Part shown: in pieces, positions 1 through 9,466 of the stretch | Position numbering within the stretch: position 1 is the first letter of the stretch | How the letters are laid out: the number at the start of each line of letters is the position of its first letter | Assembly (NCBI GenBank): GCA_029203125.1 | Contig: CP119317.1 | Location: 1,704,261-1,768,260 of the forward strand | DNA from: Candidatus Cohnella colombiensis | GTDB lineage: Bacteria; Bacillota; Bacilli; Paenibacillales; Paenibacillaceae | DNA length: 64,000 nt | Reading direction: 5' to 3' | Program-made: the position numbers and the translations under genes | The notes under the pieces: generated by a model | Database searches by the model: none | What the model was told of the DNA's origin: nothing | What the model saw: only the letters and a program-made list of their open reading frames with translations

Positions 1-27
1 ATTCCGATCACAGAGAGTATCCATGGA

Positions 28-735
28 ATGCGATTCATTGGCCTCGAGAATATCGAGCGATTTTACCAATTGGCGAAGGAGCACAAGACTACTGAAATCC
101 GTGTTATTCAATATACGATTGAAGGTGATCCGATCTACTATGATATGATTTCAGATGGTTCTAGCGTGAATCTGGTCATCGACAATTCGGAAGATGCATT
201 TGGTTCACCTAACATTCAAAAATTCAATTGCAGCATGCTCGAGAAAGAAGAAACAACAACCTTCACAGACTATCAACTATCCGAGTGTACGGGGCTCAAT
301 GAGCCGCTATCGGTCATGCATATTAGCTATAACTACGCCGAGCAAGACCTATTCGATTTTAATTTGCAATATGGTTATCATGAAATGAACGTAATTGATA
401 CTTTCAATGATCAGTTGATTATTATTGGAAAGGACAGCGAGCTACATACCTTTTCTAACTATCATTTAACCGATGACGAGATGCAGGAGATCTATAGGCA
501 ATTCGTACTCTCCAATTATCTTGCGGAGAAGACTTTGTCAACAGTATGTAATCAAAAGCCCCAAGAAAACTATACGATTAACGTGAAAATAAACGGTGGG
601 ACACGAGACTTCGCTTGGAGCGAATGTGATCAAAGTGATGATGGGATAGCGATGTCAAAACTCGTGAAAAGCATTGTTGCCATATTAAAACAAAATGCAG
701 ACTATCCCGACATAGAAACGCTATTGTATTTGTAG
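28..735 (+). CDS. hypothetical protein; the frame stays open back to base 1, so the true start may lie upstream of the window
   Basis: 235-aa ORF with no recognisable motif. There is no in-frame stop between base 1 and ATG 28. Confidence 0.45.
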   Translation: MRFIGLENIERFYQLAKEHKTTEIRVIQYTIEGDPIYYDMISDGSSVNLVIDNSEDAFGSPNIQKFNCSMLEKEETTTFTDYQLSECTGLNEPLSVMHISYNYAEQDLFDFNLQYGYHEMNVIDTFNDQLIIIGKDSELHTFSNYHLTDDEMQEIYRQFVLSNYLAEKTLSTVCNQKPQENYTINVKINGGTRDFAWSECDQSDDGIAMSKLVKSIVAILKQNADYPDIETLLYL

Positions 736-897
736 TTGCACAATTTATTTGAACCTACCGTCATGATCGGGCTTGTACAGCAACATACAATGTGCAACAA
801 TACAGAATATGGACAGATGATACTACATCATTCATTGCCATTATGGTGTTCTCTGACTGCGTATCATTCTATATGCGAAGGGAGAGTTGAGTGCAAT

Positions 898-1410
898 ATG
901 TTAAGGCCATCGATTGAGGAATATCCAGTTTTCTTTGATAAGTATGTACAGAAGGTGTCTGATGGAGAAATTGAAGAAGTGCTCAATGAGCAATTGAGCG
1001 ATGCACTTGCTTTATTATCAGGAGTAGATGACGCAAGAGGGAATTATCGCTATGGTCCTGATAAATGGACATTGAAAGAAGTCATCGGACATATTAACGA
1101 CTGCGAACGCATCATGAGTTATCGCTTATTGCGAATCGCAAGAGGTGACAAGACACCAATGCAATCTTTTGATGAAAATCAATATGTGAACGCTGCAATC
1201 TTCAATCAATTATCGTTAACTCAACTCATAGAAGAATTTACATTAATTCGCAAAGCAACCATTGCTTTAATCCGCGGAATTACAGATGAAGCTTATTCCC
1301 GAACAGGAACAGTAAGCGATCATCCAATGTCAGCAAGAGCACTCGCATATGTCGTCGCTGGACATGAAAAGCATCATATGCTGATTATTAAAGAAAGATA
1401 TTTAGCATAG
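898..1410 (+). CDS. DinB-family (DinB_2-like) metal-dependent protein
   Basis: The ORF track gives 736..1410, but a GGGAGAG RBS sits about 10 nt before ATG 898 (MLRPSIEEYP..). His-containing helices (GHINDCERIM, GHEKHH) are typical of the DinB fold. Confidence 0.7.
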   Translation: MLRPSIEEYPVFFDKYVQKVSDGEIEEVLNEQLSDALALLSGVDDARGNYRYGPDKWTLKEVIGHINDCERIMSYRLLRIARGDKTPMQSFDENQYVNAAIFNQLSLTQLIEEFTLIRKATIALIRGITDEAYSRTGTVSDHPMSARALAYVVAGHEKHHMLIIKERYLA

Positions 1411-1437
1411 TCCGTTAGTAAAGGATTCGATAATGAT

Positions 1438-2223
1438 ATGACAATTGGATTTTTTGACTCCGGTATCGGTGGTCTCACTGTTCTTGCCGAGGCTCTTCGT
1501 AGATTACCGACTGAAAATTATATCTATATGGCAGATACTTTGCATGTTCCTTATGGTCCTAAACCGATCGTAGATGTGAAGGGCTACATCTTCGATGCAA
1601 TTGAGCAATTGATGCAAGAAGATATTGACGCATTGGTCGTCGCATGCAATACAGCAACGAGCATTGCTGTAGCTGAATTGCGTAATAAATATGCGATCCC
1701 AATCATCGGAATAGAACCTGCTGTAAAGCCTGCGGTTGAGATGAATCGAGAAACAGGACGAAGAGTGCTCGTATTCGCCACCCAGTTAACATTGCAACAG
1801 CCGAAATATTACGCACTTGTTTCAAGAGTGGATGAGGAGGGAATCGTTGATTCTTTACCGCTTCCAGAGCTTGTAACCTATTGTGAAGAGCTTCAATTCG
1901 ACAAAGACATTATTGGCGCATATTTCCGTGAAAAGCTTGCTCCGTTTAATTTAGATGATTATGGCATCGTTGTTCTCGGTTGCACCCACTATCCGTTTTA
2001 TGCGGATCTATTGCGTGAAATATTGCCATCCCACATCGGTATTGTCGATGGGAGTTCAGGCACGATTAAACGTCTTTCAGCGATGCTTTATCGCTATGGT
2101 ATGACGAAGCTTGAGCAAGGAAGTGGACAAGTTAAATTCATGTGTACAAGCCATGAACCTCATTATATTGAGAAGATGCGGATCGCATTAGATTATGTCA
2201 TGAACAAGGATTACACGATTTAA
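1438..2223 (+). CDS. murI: glutamate racemase
   Basis: Carries the FDSGIGGLTV, ACNTAT and GCTHYP motifs with both catalytic Cys contexts; 261 aa. Confidence 0.92.
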   Translation: MTIGFFDSGIGGLTVLAEALRRLPTENYIYMADTLHVPYGPKPIVDVKGYIFDAIEQLMQEDIDALVVACNTATSIAVAELRNKYAIPIIGIEPAVKPAVEMNRETGRRVLVFATQLTLQQPKYYALVSRVDEEGIVDSLPLPELVTYCEELQFDKDIIGAYFREKLAPFNLDDYGIVVLGCTHYPFYADLLREILPSHIGIVDGSSGTIKRLSAMLYRYGMTKLEQGSGQVKFMCTSHEPHYIEKMRIALDYVMNKDYTI

Positions 2224-2310
2224 TATAGGGTATAGAACCAAGCTGCTTACTCCATACTAACGATTCCAGGTACATCTGACATGGACTTCGCTCGGTAAAG
2301 GGGGAGCAGC

Positions 2311-3066
2311 TTGTTTTTACATTCAAGAGTGGTCTTAGTAATTTCGGTTGTAGCTTTATTATTGTTAACCGGATTTACAAATCAACAGCGTCCGAATGAT
2401 CGAAGCTATTATGAGTCTCGTGGCGAAGTTGTATGGGAAGTGCCGATGAATGAAAAGTTAATCGCATTAACCTTCGATGATGGACCCGACCCGAAGACAA
2501 CTCCTCAAATATTAGAGTTGCTTAGTCAATATGATGCTCATGCGACTTTTTTCGTTATCGGGAATCGGATGGCAAAATATCCGGACATTGTAAAGCAAGA
2601 AGCATTTGAAGGACATGAAGTTGCTAATCATACATATAATCATGTCTACTTCACACCACGAGTAACAATGGCAACGATCCAAGAGGAGATTGTAAAGTCA
2701 CAGCAGCAAATCGAACAGATTACGAACCAATCTTGTCATTGGTTCCGACCGCCTGGTGGATACTATAACGAAAAAGTGATTCAAGCTGCACGCAGTCATG
2801 GCTACACAGTTGTACTTTGGTCGTGGCATCAGGATACGAATGACTGGAGGACGCCAGGTGTTAAAGCGATCGCTGATAAAGTGCTTCGCAATGCACGCAA
2901 TGGCGATATTGTATTGCTTCATGATCATGTTAAAGGGTCAAACCAGACCGTGGAAGCATTGAAGCTTATTTTGCCTGAATTAAAAAATAGAGGTTATCGA
3001 CTGGTTACTGTTACAGAGCTGATGGAGCATAAGCGATCGAAAGCGAGTAAAGACGTGAAGGAATAA
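2311..3066 (+). CDS. polysaccharide deacetylase (NodB homology domain), membrane-anchored or secreted
   Basis: FDDGPDP, HTYNH and LLHD motifs, plus an N-terminal hydrophobic segment. TTG start follows an AAGGGGGAG RBS. Confidence 0.85.
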   Translation: MFLHSRVVLVISVVALLLLTGFTNQQRPNDRSYYESRGEVVWEVPMNEKLIALTFDDGPDPKTTPQILELLSQYDAHATFFVIGNRMAKYPDIVKQEAFEGHEVANHTYNHVYFTPRVTMATIQEEIVKSQQQIEQITNQSCHWFRPPGGYYNEKVIQAARSHGYTVVLWSWHQDTNDWRTPGVKAIADKVLRNARNGDIVLLHDHVKGSNQTVEALKLILPELKNRGYRLVTVTELMEHKRSKASKDVKE

Positions 3067-3079
3067 ATTGGAAAAAGGG

Positions 3080-3120
3080 GCTGTCTCATAAGTCAAAAAC
3101 TTATGGACAGCTTCTTTAAT
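3080..3120 (+). terminator. rho-independent terminator after the deacetylase gene
   Basis: Stem GCTGTCTCATAAGT / ACTTATGGACAGC with loop CAAAA, followed by a T-rich tail. Confidence 0.7.
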
Positions 3121-3122
3121 TC

Positions 3123-3277
3123 TATCGATTATGGATTTTTCAGTGATGTATCTTCTTCCGGGTGCTGTTACAGACGTGAAATCTGAATGGGAAACCTCTA
3201 ACGAGGTAATTTCACGTCTGTAAAGGCACACGCTTCGCTCCTCCAGAAGATACATTCACTCTTTTCATTATCGATAA
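3123..3277. repeat. long imperfect palindrome A (about 155 nt hairpin)
   Basis: Perfect 15-bp inner stem TTACAGACGTGAAAT (3168-3182) / ATTTCACGTCTGTAA (3209-3223). Outer arms are AGTGATGTATCTTCT (3142-3156) / AGAAGATACATTCACT (3245-3260), and TATCGATTATGG / TCATTATCGATA. Confidence 0.7.
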
Positions 3278-3479
3278 AAGAAGAGGCTGTCTCAAGCAGT
3301 CAGCTCACTGACAAGATAGCTCGCTTTAATGAAAAATAAGCGTATCACACAAATAGAGTGGCGAAACAGGCCGTTATTCCTGTATCTCCACTCTTCGTCT
3401 TTAATCTATCGTTGCTCCAAAAGCGATCTTTTTTTGTTGTTATATGGGATTATTTTAGCTTAGATCGATAAGGAAAAGA

Positions 3480-3598
3480 GGGCATGTATCTCCTGTAGGA
3501 GTGGTAGCGTTTGCCTTTGAGATCGTGAAATTTCCTTGTTAAGAATTTACTAATTCAGAATTCACGATCTCAATAGCAACCGTAAGGAGATACATCCC
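3480..3598. repeat. long imperfect palindrome B (about 120 nt hairpin), related to palindrome A
   Basis: Perfect 13-bp inner stem TTGAGATCGTGAA (3517-3529) / TTCACGATCTCAA (3561-3573) and outer stem ATGTATCTCCT (3484-3494) / AGGAGATACAT (3585-3595). Shares the ATGTATCT...CGTGAAAT arm signature with element A. Confidence 0.7.
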
Positions 3599-3732
3599 TA
3601 AAAACCATAATCAATATAAATAAGTTAAGGGATGCCCCATTAAGTTACTTATGGAACAGCCCCTTCTTCATTGTATAAAGCCATGTCGGATATCAAACAA
3701 TAACGTAAACGAAATGAAGGGAACGAACGCCA

Positions 3733-3954
3733 ATGATGTACTTTTTAATGATCGTCGGTATTGTCGTCATTATTTACGCAGCCATACTCTCCGTCGTCAT
3801 GGTGCAAAAGCGACAAAATAAAGTAATCGATCAGGGTGTAAGCGAACAAACGGTGAAGAACCCGATTATAGGGAATCCCATTACGTATCTATATATCGGT
3901 ATTCCAATCTTAGCTGTTATCGGCGGCTTGATTTGGTGGTATTACAAACCTTAA
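3733..3954 (+). CDS. small two-TM membrane protein, hypothetical
   Basis: 73-aa ORF with two hydrophobic helices. Sits 17 nt upstream of the next ORF on the same strand. Confidence 0.45.
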   Translation: MMYFLMIVGIVVIIYAAILSVVMVQKRQNKVIDQGVSEQTVKNPIIGNPITYLYIGIPILAVIGGLIWWYYKP

Positions 3955-3970
3955 AGGGGAGAGATCGCGA

Positions 3971-4279
3971 ATGGACAAGCGCAAATATTATGTATCGATA
4001 CAATCCAAAACAATTATGGCAAATCGGGAGGATGCAGCCTATGAGCTGGAGATTGAAGCAACAGACGAGCAGCTCGATCAGCTGCACCAATATTTCGAAT
4101 TCATGGCAGCTTATGATGATAAGTCTCATTTTCGAACGATGATTCCAGGTATTCCTTATCACGAAGATAATGAGAATGATAAATTTGATAGTTATCTCCA
4201 TAAAGCCTATCGATTGATCCATGAAACCGGCACTGATCAAACGAAAAGCTTTATTGAATCTAACCATATTTTACGTTAA
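3971..4279 (+). CDS. hypothetical acidic protein
   Basis: 102-aa ORF preceded by an AAAGGGGAGAG RBS. No motif recognised. Confidence 0.5.
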   Translation: MDKRKYYVSIQSKTIMANREDAAYELEIEATDEQLDQLHQYFEFMAAYDDKSHFRTMIPGIPYHEDNENDKFDSYLHKAYRLIHETGTDQTKSFIESNHILR

Positions 4280-4902
4280 CGGATAACCCTTTTTGTTCGC
4301 AAATAAGCGTACAAGCTCATTAAAGCAAAGCCACTAATTGCTCCGCCAACATGCGCAGATATGCTAATATTCGGGACAATAACTGAGTAGATCAACCCAA
4401 AGATGAGCGTAATATAGATCGTCTTTCGCGTACTTTCATCGATTGCAAATCTACGGAAGATAGCCAAGTATAGGTAAGCACCGAATAAGCCGTAGATTGC
4501 ACCTGATGCTCCGACAGAAGGGTAAACCTCACCTGAATACACAATTACACTAAAGACGTTCGCGAATACTCCCGAAACGAGGTAAAACAGAAGGTAGCGA
4601 GCGTGACCGAACAATCTTTCGAGAGGAGGGGCGAATATGACAATTGCAAAAGTATTGAACAACAAGTGGTCAAAGCTTCCATGTAACGTAATTGAGGTCA
4701 CATAACGCCATGGCTCATCTAGTCCATAGTCGTTATAAAACGATTGTGCATAAAACAAACCCCAATAAGTGATTTGCTTATCTAGAAATAAAAAATCTAC
4801 TGCAAACAGTACAATATTCAGGGCTATGATGCACGACGTAATCGGATAATATTTGAGATAGCCTTTGAACGTTTCATTACGTAAAAACAACATGAAATTC
4901 AC
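4276..4902 (-). CDS. rhomboid-family intramembrane serine protease
   Basis: Multi-TM protein with GASGAIYG (GxSG catalytic Ser) and a downstream SAHVGG (catalytic His). Confidence 0.85.
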   Translation of the reverse strand: MNFMLFLRNETFKGYLKYYPITSCIIALNIVLFAVDFLFLDKQITYWGLFYAQSFYNDYGLDEPWRYVTSITLHGSFDHLLFNTFAIVIFAPPLERLFGHARYLLFYLVSGVFANVFSVIVYSGEVYPSVGASGAIYGLFGAYLYLAIFRRFAIDESTRKTIYITLIFGLIYSVIVPNISISAHVGGAISGFALMSLYAYLRTKRVIR

Positions 4903-5082
4903 TCCATTTCGATATCCGTTGGAACGTTAATTATATCATGCATCGATATAACATTGAAAATAGGATTAGGGGTTAAATTGACTTCTTAATGTACACTCAC
5001 TATACTAATTTAAGTAACGTAAGTTGAGTTGGTAATATTATTCAACTAGAAAATATACAGACGAAATATGGAGGAAATCATC

Positions 5083-5637
5083 ATGAAAATCGCAGCAATT
5101 GTAGGTAGCAATCGTAAGGAATCCTTCAATTTAAAGTTAACAAAATTCATACAACAACGCTATGCAGGAAAATTTGATCTTGAAATCGTGAGCATTACAG
5201 ATTTACCCTTCTACAATCAAGAAATCGAAAATACGCCTCCAGAGGCTGTAACAACCTTTAAGTCAAAAATTAAAGCTGCTGATCTCGTACTGTGGGTAGT
5301 GCCTGAATATAACGCTACGGTTCCAGGTATTATGATCAATGCCATCGACTGGTTATCGCGTGTTGAGAAGGTGATGACCGGTAAGCCTTCTTGGATCATC
5401 GGAGCATCAATGGGTAATCTCGGTACAGTAAAAGCACAAATGCATTTACGTGCAGTTTTGTTCACTATAGGTTCACCATTGCTACCAAGCAATGAAGTGT
5501 ATGTAGGTGCAGTACATGAAAAAATTGACGCTTCAGGAACGCTCATTCACGAACCAACTGTACAATATCTCGACCTTGTGGTGAACAACTTAATCACATG
5601 GTACGATCGCTATCATAAAACAACTGTGACTGCTTAA
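5083..5637 (+). CDS. NADPH-dependent FMN reductase family protein
   Basis: MKIAAIVGSNRKESFN.. flavodoxin-like N-terminus. A GGAGGA RBS (5070-5075) favours ATG 5083 over 5068. Confidence 0.8.
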   Translation: MKIAAIVGSNRKESFNLKLTKFIQQRYAGKFDLEIVSITDLPFYNQEIENTPPEAVTTFKSKIKAADLVLWVVPEYNATVPGIMINAIDWLSRVEKVMTGKPSWIIGASMGNLGTVKAQMHLRAVLFTIGSPLLPSNEVYVGAVHEKIDASGTLIHEPTVQYLDLVVNNLITWYDRYHKTTVTA

Positions 5638-5646
5638 TTCAAACAA

Positions 5647-5694
5647 ACAGACGCCCTGTTATTCACAATATAGTGATTACAGGGCGTCTGTTTT
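5647..5694. terminator. bidirectional terminator between convergent genes
   Basis: 13-bp perfect stem ACAGACGCCCTGT / ACAGGGCGTCTGT, with A-run and T-run flanks. Confidence 0.8.
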
Positions 5695-5703
5695 AGTTAC
5701 AAC

Positions 5704-6144
5704 TCACTTTAATCCTCCAAAGAGAGGCATAATTTGACGAACGACTCCATAACCCATTCTAATCATCGGCCACGATCTTCTGACCATATCGAACATGCCT
5801 CCAAAACCACCTAATCCACCCATGAAGCCTGACGCATTGCCACTAGCAGCTGCTGCAGGATTGCCGGCAAAGGGGGATGCGCTAGACATTGCTGATAAAG
5901 CACCACCATTTCCTAGCATCGAGAAGAGACCTGGAAGTAATCCAGAAACCTTTGCTTTTTTCACCCGTGTCGTCTGTCTGCGCTTCATATTTCCCTTACC
6001 TTTAGTACCAGTAAGCACAAATTCTCGTTTGTCTACTTGAGAGATATAGCCTATATAATAGCTACCATCCATTAATTCCACATATACAGGTTGACCTACC
6101 ATCTGTCGTGCCTTAGTATGAATTGCTTTTTGATTTTGAGACAT
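5704..6144 (-). CDS. hypothetical protein with a small beta-rich N-domain and a Gly/Met/Ala-rich low-complexity tail
   Basis: 146-aa ORF. The N-terminus reads GQPVYVELMDGSYYIGYISQVDKREFVLTG. The C-terminal half is G/A/S/M/F-rich. Confidence 0.5.
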   Translation of the reverse strand: MSQNQKAIHTKARQMVGQPVYVELMDGSYYIGYISQVDKREFVLTGTKGKGNMKRRQTTRVKKAKVSGLLPGLFSMLGNGGALSAMSSASPFAGNPAAAASGNASGFMGGLGGFGGMFDMVRRSWPMIRMGYGVVRQIMPLFGGLK

Positions 6145-6248
6145 AGTAATCTCCTTTCAATATCTCTTTCTTCATCGTATGCTGACGACTAGACCGTGCT
6201 TGTACGTTTAACTATACTTAGAATAGTTGCATTAAAGGAGTGAACTTC

Positions 6249-6677
6249 ATGGATATGGATAAAGTAAAGACAAGAGAGCAATTAGAACAAGCCTTTCAAA
6301 TTCGAAAAACAGTTTTCGTTGTGGAACAAGGTGTGGCAGAGGAAATTGAAATTGATCAATATGAGGATATAGCAAACCACGTTCTTGTTTATGATGGAGA
6401 AAAGCCTGTAGGAACAGGAAGAGTGCGGTTCATTGATCAAAATCAAATAGCCAAACTCGAAAGAATTTGTGTGTTGCCTGAGTACCGTAAGTTACACTTT
6501 GGTGAGAAAATCATGCAAGCTCTGGAGCAGATTGCTAAGGAAAGCGGTGTATTGAAAGCTAAGTTACATGCGCAGACACATGCCGCTCCATTTTATGAAA
6601 AGCAAGGGTATATCACTTCCTCGGAAGTTTTTATGGAAGAGAATATTCCCCATGTATTAATGATCAAGCAGCTATAA
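6249..6677 (+). CDS. GNAT-family N-acetyltransferase
   Basis: Typical size with an acetyl-CoA-pocket-like RICVLPEYRKLHFGEKIM. An AAAGGAG RBS (6234-6240) favours ATG 6249. Confidence 0.8.
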   Translation: MDMDKVKTREQLEQAFQIRKTVFVVEQGVAEEIEIDQYEDIANHVLVYDGEKPVGTGRVRFIDQNQIAKLERICVLPEYRKLHFGEKIMQALEQIAKESGVLKAKLHAQTHAAPFYEKQGYITSSEVFMEENIPHVLMIKQL

Positions 6678-6710
6678 ATTGCAGTAACAATGTCTATTGG
6701 GGGCTAATTT

Positions 6711-7649
6711 TTGCAATTCATCTTTTTAGGTACTGGGGCGGGTCGACCGTCTTCTACGCGTAATGTCACGTCCATTGCATTGATTGTATCGGATCAAAAA
6801 AAACAATTTTGGCTCTTCGATGTAGGAGAGGCGACACAGCATCGGCTATTGGAACAGAAGCTGAAGCTTAACAAGCTCGAGCGGATTTTCATTACTCATT
6901 TACACGGCGATCATCTTTATGGGTTACCTGGTCTACTTAGCAGCCGTTCTTTCTTTGAAGGAGCGGGTCCTTTGCAATTGATCGGACCTCCGGGGTTACG
7001 CGACTATTTGACCTGCATTTTTGAAAAAAGTGGTGTACATCTGAGCTATGCTCTCGACATCGTTGAAATTAATGCAGAGGGTCTGCTGTTCTCTAATGAC
7101 GCTTATACAGTCGAAGTAGCTGAGCTAGAACATCGGGTTCAAAGCTTTGGTTATCGTGTCATTGAGCGCCCCAAGCCTGGGGCATTAAATGTTGCGTTAT
7201 TATCCCAGTATGGTGTTGAACCCGGTCCCCTATTTGGAAAGTTGAAGCGAGGAGCTGATTTGACTCTGCCTAGTGGTCAAGTCATTCCATCGTCAGAGCT
7301 CGTTCTATCCTCCACTCCAGGACGAATTGCTACCATACTTGGAGATACGCGTCCCTGTAACCAATCGATCCAACTAGCGCATCATTCAGATCTACTCATT
7401 CATGAAGCGACATTCGCGACTGGAATGGAGATGAAAGCTGAAACTTATGGGCATTCTACAATTGCGCAAGCTGCTCAAATCGCGGCTAGCGCAGAGGTGA
7501 AGCAACTTGTACTTACCCATTTCAGCGCGCGTTTATCTGATCAACAATTAGATGACTTTATAACAGAAGCAGCCTCCATATTTCCAAACATTGTAGCTGC
7601 TTACGATCGCTTAATGATTCGTGTACCGAACAACTCAAATTATAATTGA
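6711..7649 (+). CDS. rnz: ribonuclease Z (tRNA 3' endonuclease)
   Basis: N-terminus MQFIFLGTGAGRPS and the HLHGDH metallo-beta-lactamase motif; 312 aa, typical for the short form of RNase Z. Confidence 0.88.
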   Translation: MQFIFLGTGAGRPSSTRNVTSIALIVSDQKKQFWLFDVGEATQHRLLEQKLKLNKLERIFITHLHGDHLYGLPGLLSSRSFFEGAGPLQLIGPPGLRDYLTCIFEKSGVHLSYALDIVEINAEGLLFSNDAYTVEVAELEHRVQSFGYRVIERPKPGALNVALLSQYGVEPGPLFGKLKRGADLTLPSGQVIPSSELVLSSTPGRIATILGDTRPCNQSIQLAHHSDLLIHEATFATGMEMKAETYGHSTIAQAAQIAASAEVKQLVLTHFSARLSDQQLDDFITEAASIFPNIVAAYDRLMIRVPNNSNYN

Positions 7650-7658
7650 GTACATGGA

Positions 7659-7701
7659 AGAGGTTGCCCAATAAGTTACTTATGGGTTAGCCTCTTTTTT
7701 A
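7659..7701 (+). terminator. rho-independent terminator after rnz (member of the ATAAGT-T-ACTTAT hairpin family)
   Basis: AGAGGTTGCCCAATAAGT T ACTTATGGGTTAGCCTCT followed by TTTTTT. Confidence 0.8.
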
Positions 7702-7762
7702 TGATAAAGTAAGATAGGACGATGTAGTTTTTTGTCTATTTATATCGGAAAAAGGGGAGAGA

Positions 7763-8686
7763 GTGGAATTGAACAAATACAATCAATTCGTGAAAGCATC
7801 AAGAATGAAGGTTATGCCTGTCATTCTTATTCCAATTTTACTAGGATCTGCGAGTGCTTACGCGTGGAATGATAGATTTGATCTGTTACTACTAATTATC
7901 GCTTTGGTAGGTGGCGGTGCAATTCATTTATTTTCAAATATGATTAATGATCTGTGGGATTATCGTAGCGGGGCTGATGCAACTGCAAAAGCAACAGAAG
8001 GGGCAATTTCGACCCATTCAGGCTATTTAACGAACGGAATATGGTCGCTAAGACGATTTGCAACGATTACCTGGGCTTTGTTTGCTATCGCAGTAGTATG
8101 CGGCTTGTTATTGGCATGGTTAAGTGGGTGGGAAGTGCTCATTTTTGCAGCTGTTGGCGCACTCATTGCTTATTTTTACGTAGCACCTCCGATTAAGTTA
8201 GGTTATCGTGGGAAAGGCTATAGTGAAATTGCGATATTAGTAGCCTTTGGTGTTCTTCCTGTAACAGGAGCCTATTATGTGCAAACCTCGCAGTTCGATG
8301 TTCATGCATTGTTGCTTTCAATACCCATTGGATTGTTAACGACATTAATTTTATATAATCATCACTTCTTGCACTGGAAAGCAGATAAACAAGCAGGCAA
8401 GCGTACACTCGTTGTCGTGCTCGGTGAGCATAAGGCATTGCAATTTTCCAAACTCTTATTACTTTTAGCTGTACTTTCAATAATTGCATGTATCGTCGTT
8501 GAAGTGTTGCCCATTTATGCGTTGATCGCACTTGTTCCAGCTTTTCCGATCACTCGTGTATACCGTACTTTAAAAACAACGAATGAGTCTATTGCTTATT
8601 TACCTTTGATGGGGGCATCCGTGAAAGCATCGATGAATTGCGGTATAATACTAATTGTTTGTTTAATTATACAAGGCTCAATATAA
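7763..8686 (+). CDS. UbiA-family aromatic prenyltransferase (MenA-like)
   Basis: About 9 TM helices and the Asp-rich motif NDLWDYRSGAD. The start could be GTG 7763 or TTG 7769. Confidence 0.75.
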   Translation: MELNKYNQFVKASRMKVMPVILIPILLGSASAYAWNDRFDLLLLIIALVGGGAIHLFSNMINDLWDYRSGADATAKATEGAISTHSGYLTNGIWSLRRFATITWALFAIAVVCGLLLAWLSGWEVLIFAAVGALIAYFYVAPPIKLGYRGKGYSEIAILVAFGVLPVTGAYYVQTSQFDVHALLLSIPIGLLTTLILYNHHFLHWKADKQAGKRTLVVVLGEHKALQFSKLLLLLAVLSIIACIVVEVLPIYALIALVPAFPITRVYRTLKTTNESIAYLPLMGASVKASMNCGIILIVCLIIQGSI

Positions 8687-8717
8687 TACAGTAAATATTC
8701 AGAGAGAAGGCATCAAC

Positions 8718-9455
8718 ATGAGCAATCAAGATCAAAAATTTGTATTAGGAGATTTCCATTCCATCCTAAATGAAGGTAAAGTGTGGAAGGTTGGCGGATT
8801 TCCTCTACCGGACGGTACGTTCTGGGAATATCGCGAGCCAGAGGCCGTTATCATCGTACGCAACGATACGCTATATGTTAGAGCAAAGCTAAGTCGGCAA
8901 AATGATCACATCCAAATATTAGATAACGCTAAGCATATGTACTTCTCTAATGAGCCTATACAAGTGCCCGAGTCCGGTGAAATTAGCTTTGAGCTTCAAA
9001 TGCGCGCAAGAACGGATAATACAGCTCCAGGAGACTTGTATGATGGTTATGTATCGTTAAACTTGCTTGATTTTACAACAGGAGCAGCGCTCGATTTCTT
9101 CGCAGGAAATGATAAATACGCAAGTGTATATGCCATATTGCCATTCCCAGGAGTTTCCGTTCCGGATACAGGAAAGACAAAGTACTTCTGCATCTTTAAA
9201 GAGGAAACAGACTTTAATGCTCGTGAGTTCAATACGTACAAAATAACATATAACCGCGCATTGGATGAGGCTGTATTTTTTGTGAACGGAAGAGAGGTTC
9301 GCAGGGAGACGGGTATTCCAGTTAAGTTCAATGAATTTTACGTATGCCTAGGTATTATGACGGAGAAGGATCTATCCCCACAAGGTAGCGTGTCGGTACA
9401 TGGACAGACGGTCATTGCAGAATATTCACCTGTAACCATTGAAGTAAAAGCTTAA
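8718..9455 (+). CDS. hypothetical beta-rich protein
   Basis: 245-aa ORF with a good RBS (AGAGAAGG). No motif I can name with confidence. Confidence 0.5.
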   Translation: MSNQDQKFVLGDFHSILNEGKVWKVGGFPLPDGTFWEYREPEAVIIVRNDTLYVRAKLSRQNDHIQILDNAKHMYFSNEPIQVPESGEISFELQMRARTDNTAPGDLYDGYVSLNLLDFTTGAALDFFAGNDKYASVYAILPFPGVSVPDTGKTKYFCIFKEETDFNAREFNTYKITYNRALDEAVFFVNGREVRRETGIPVKFNEFYVCLGIMTEKDLSPQGSVSVHGQTVIAEYSPVTIEVKA

Positions 9456-9466
9456 TTGCGAATATG

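Noticed and set aside
736-897. N-terminal extensions proposed by the ORF track for the DinB gene. The same applies to 34880-34954 for the SRPBCC gene, 43317-43520 for the ABC-2 permease and 22215-22289 for the PKS gene.
   Set aside because: In each case the extension overlaps the upstream gene or lacks an RBS. An internal start with a good Shine-Dalgarno sequence gives the family-typical N-terminus.
2980-3255. 91-aa minus-strand ORF in the hairpin-rich region
   Set aside because: It overlaps the 3' end of the deacetylase gene and its terminator, and runs through the arms of palindrome A. It has no RBS.
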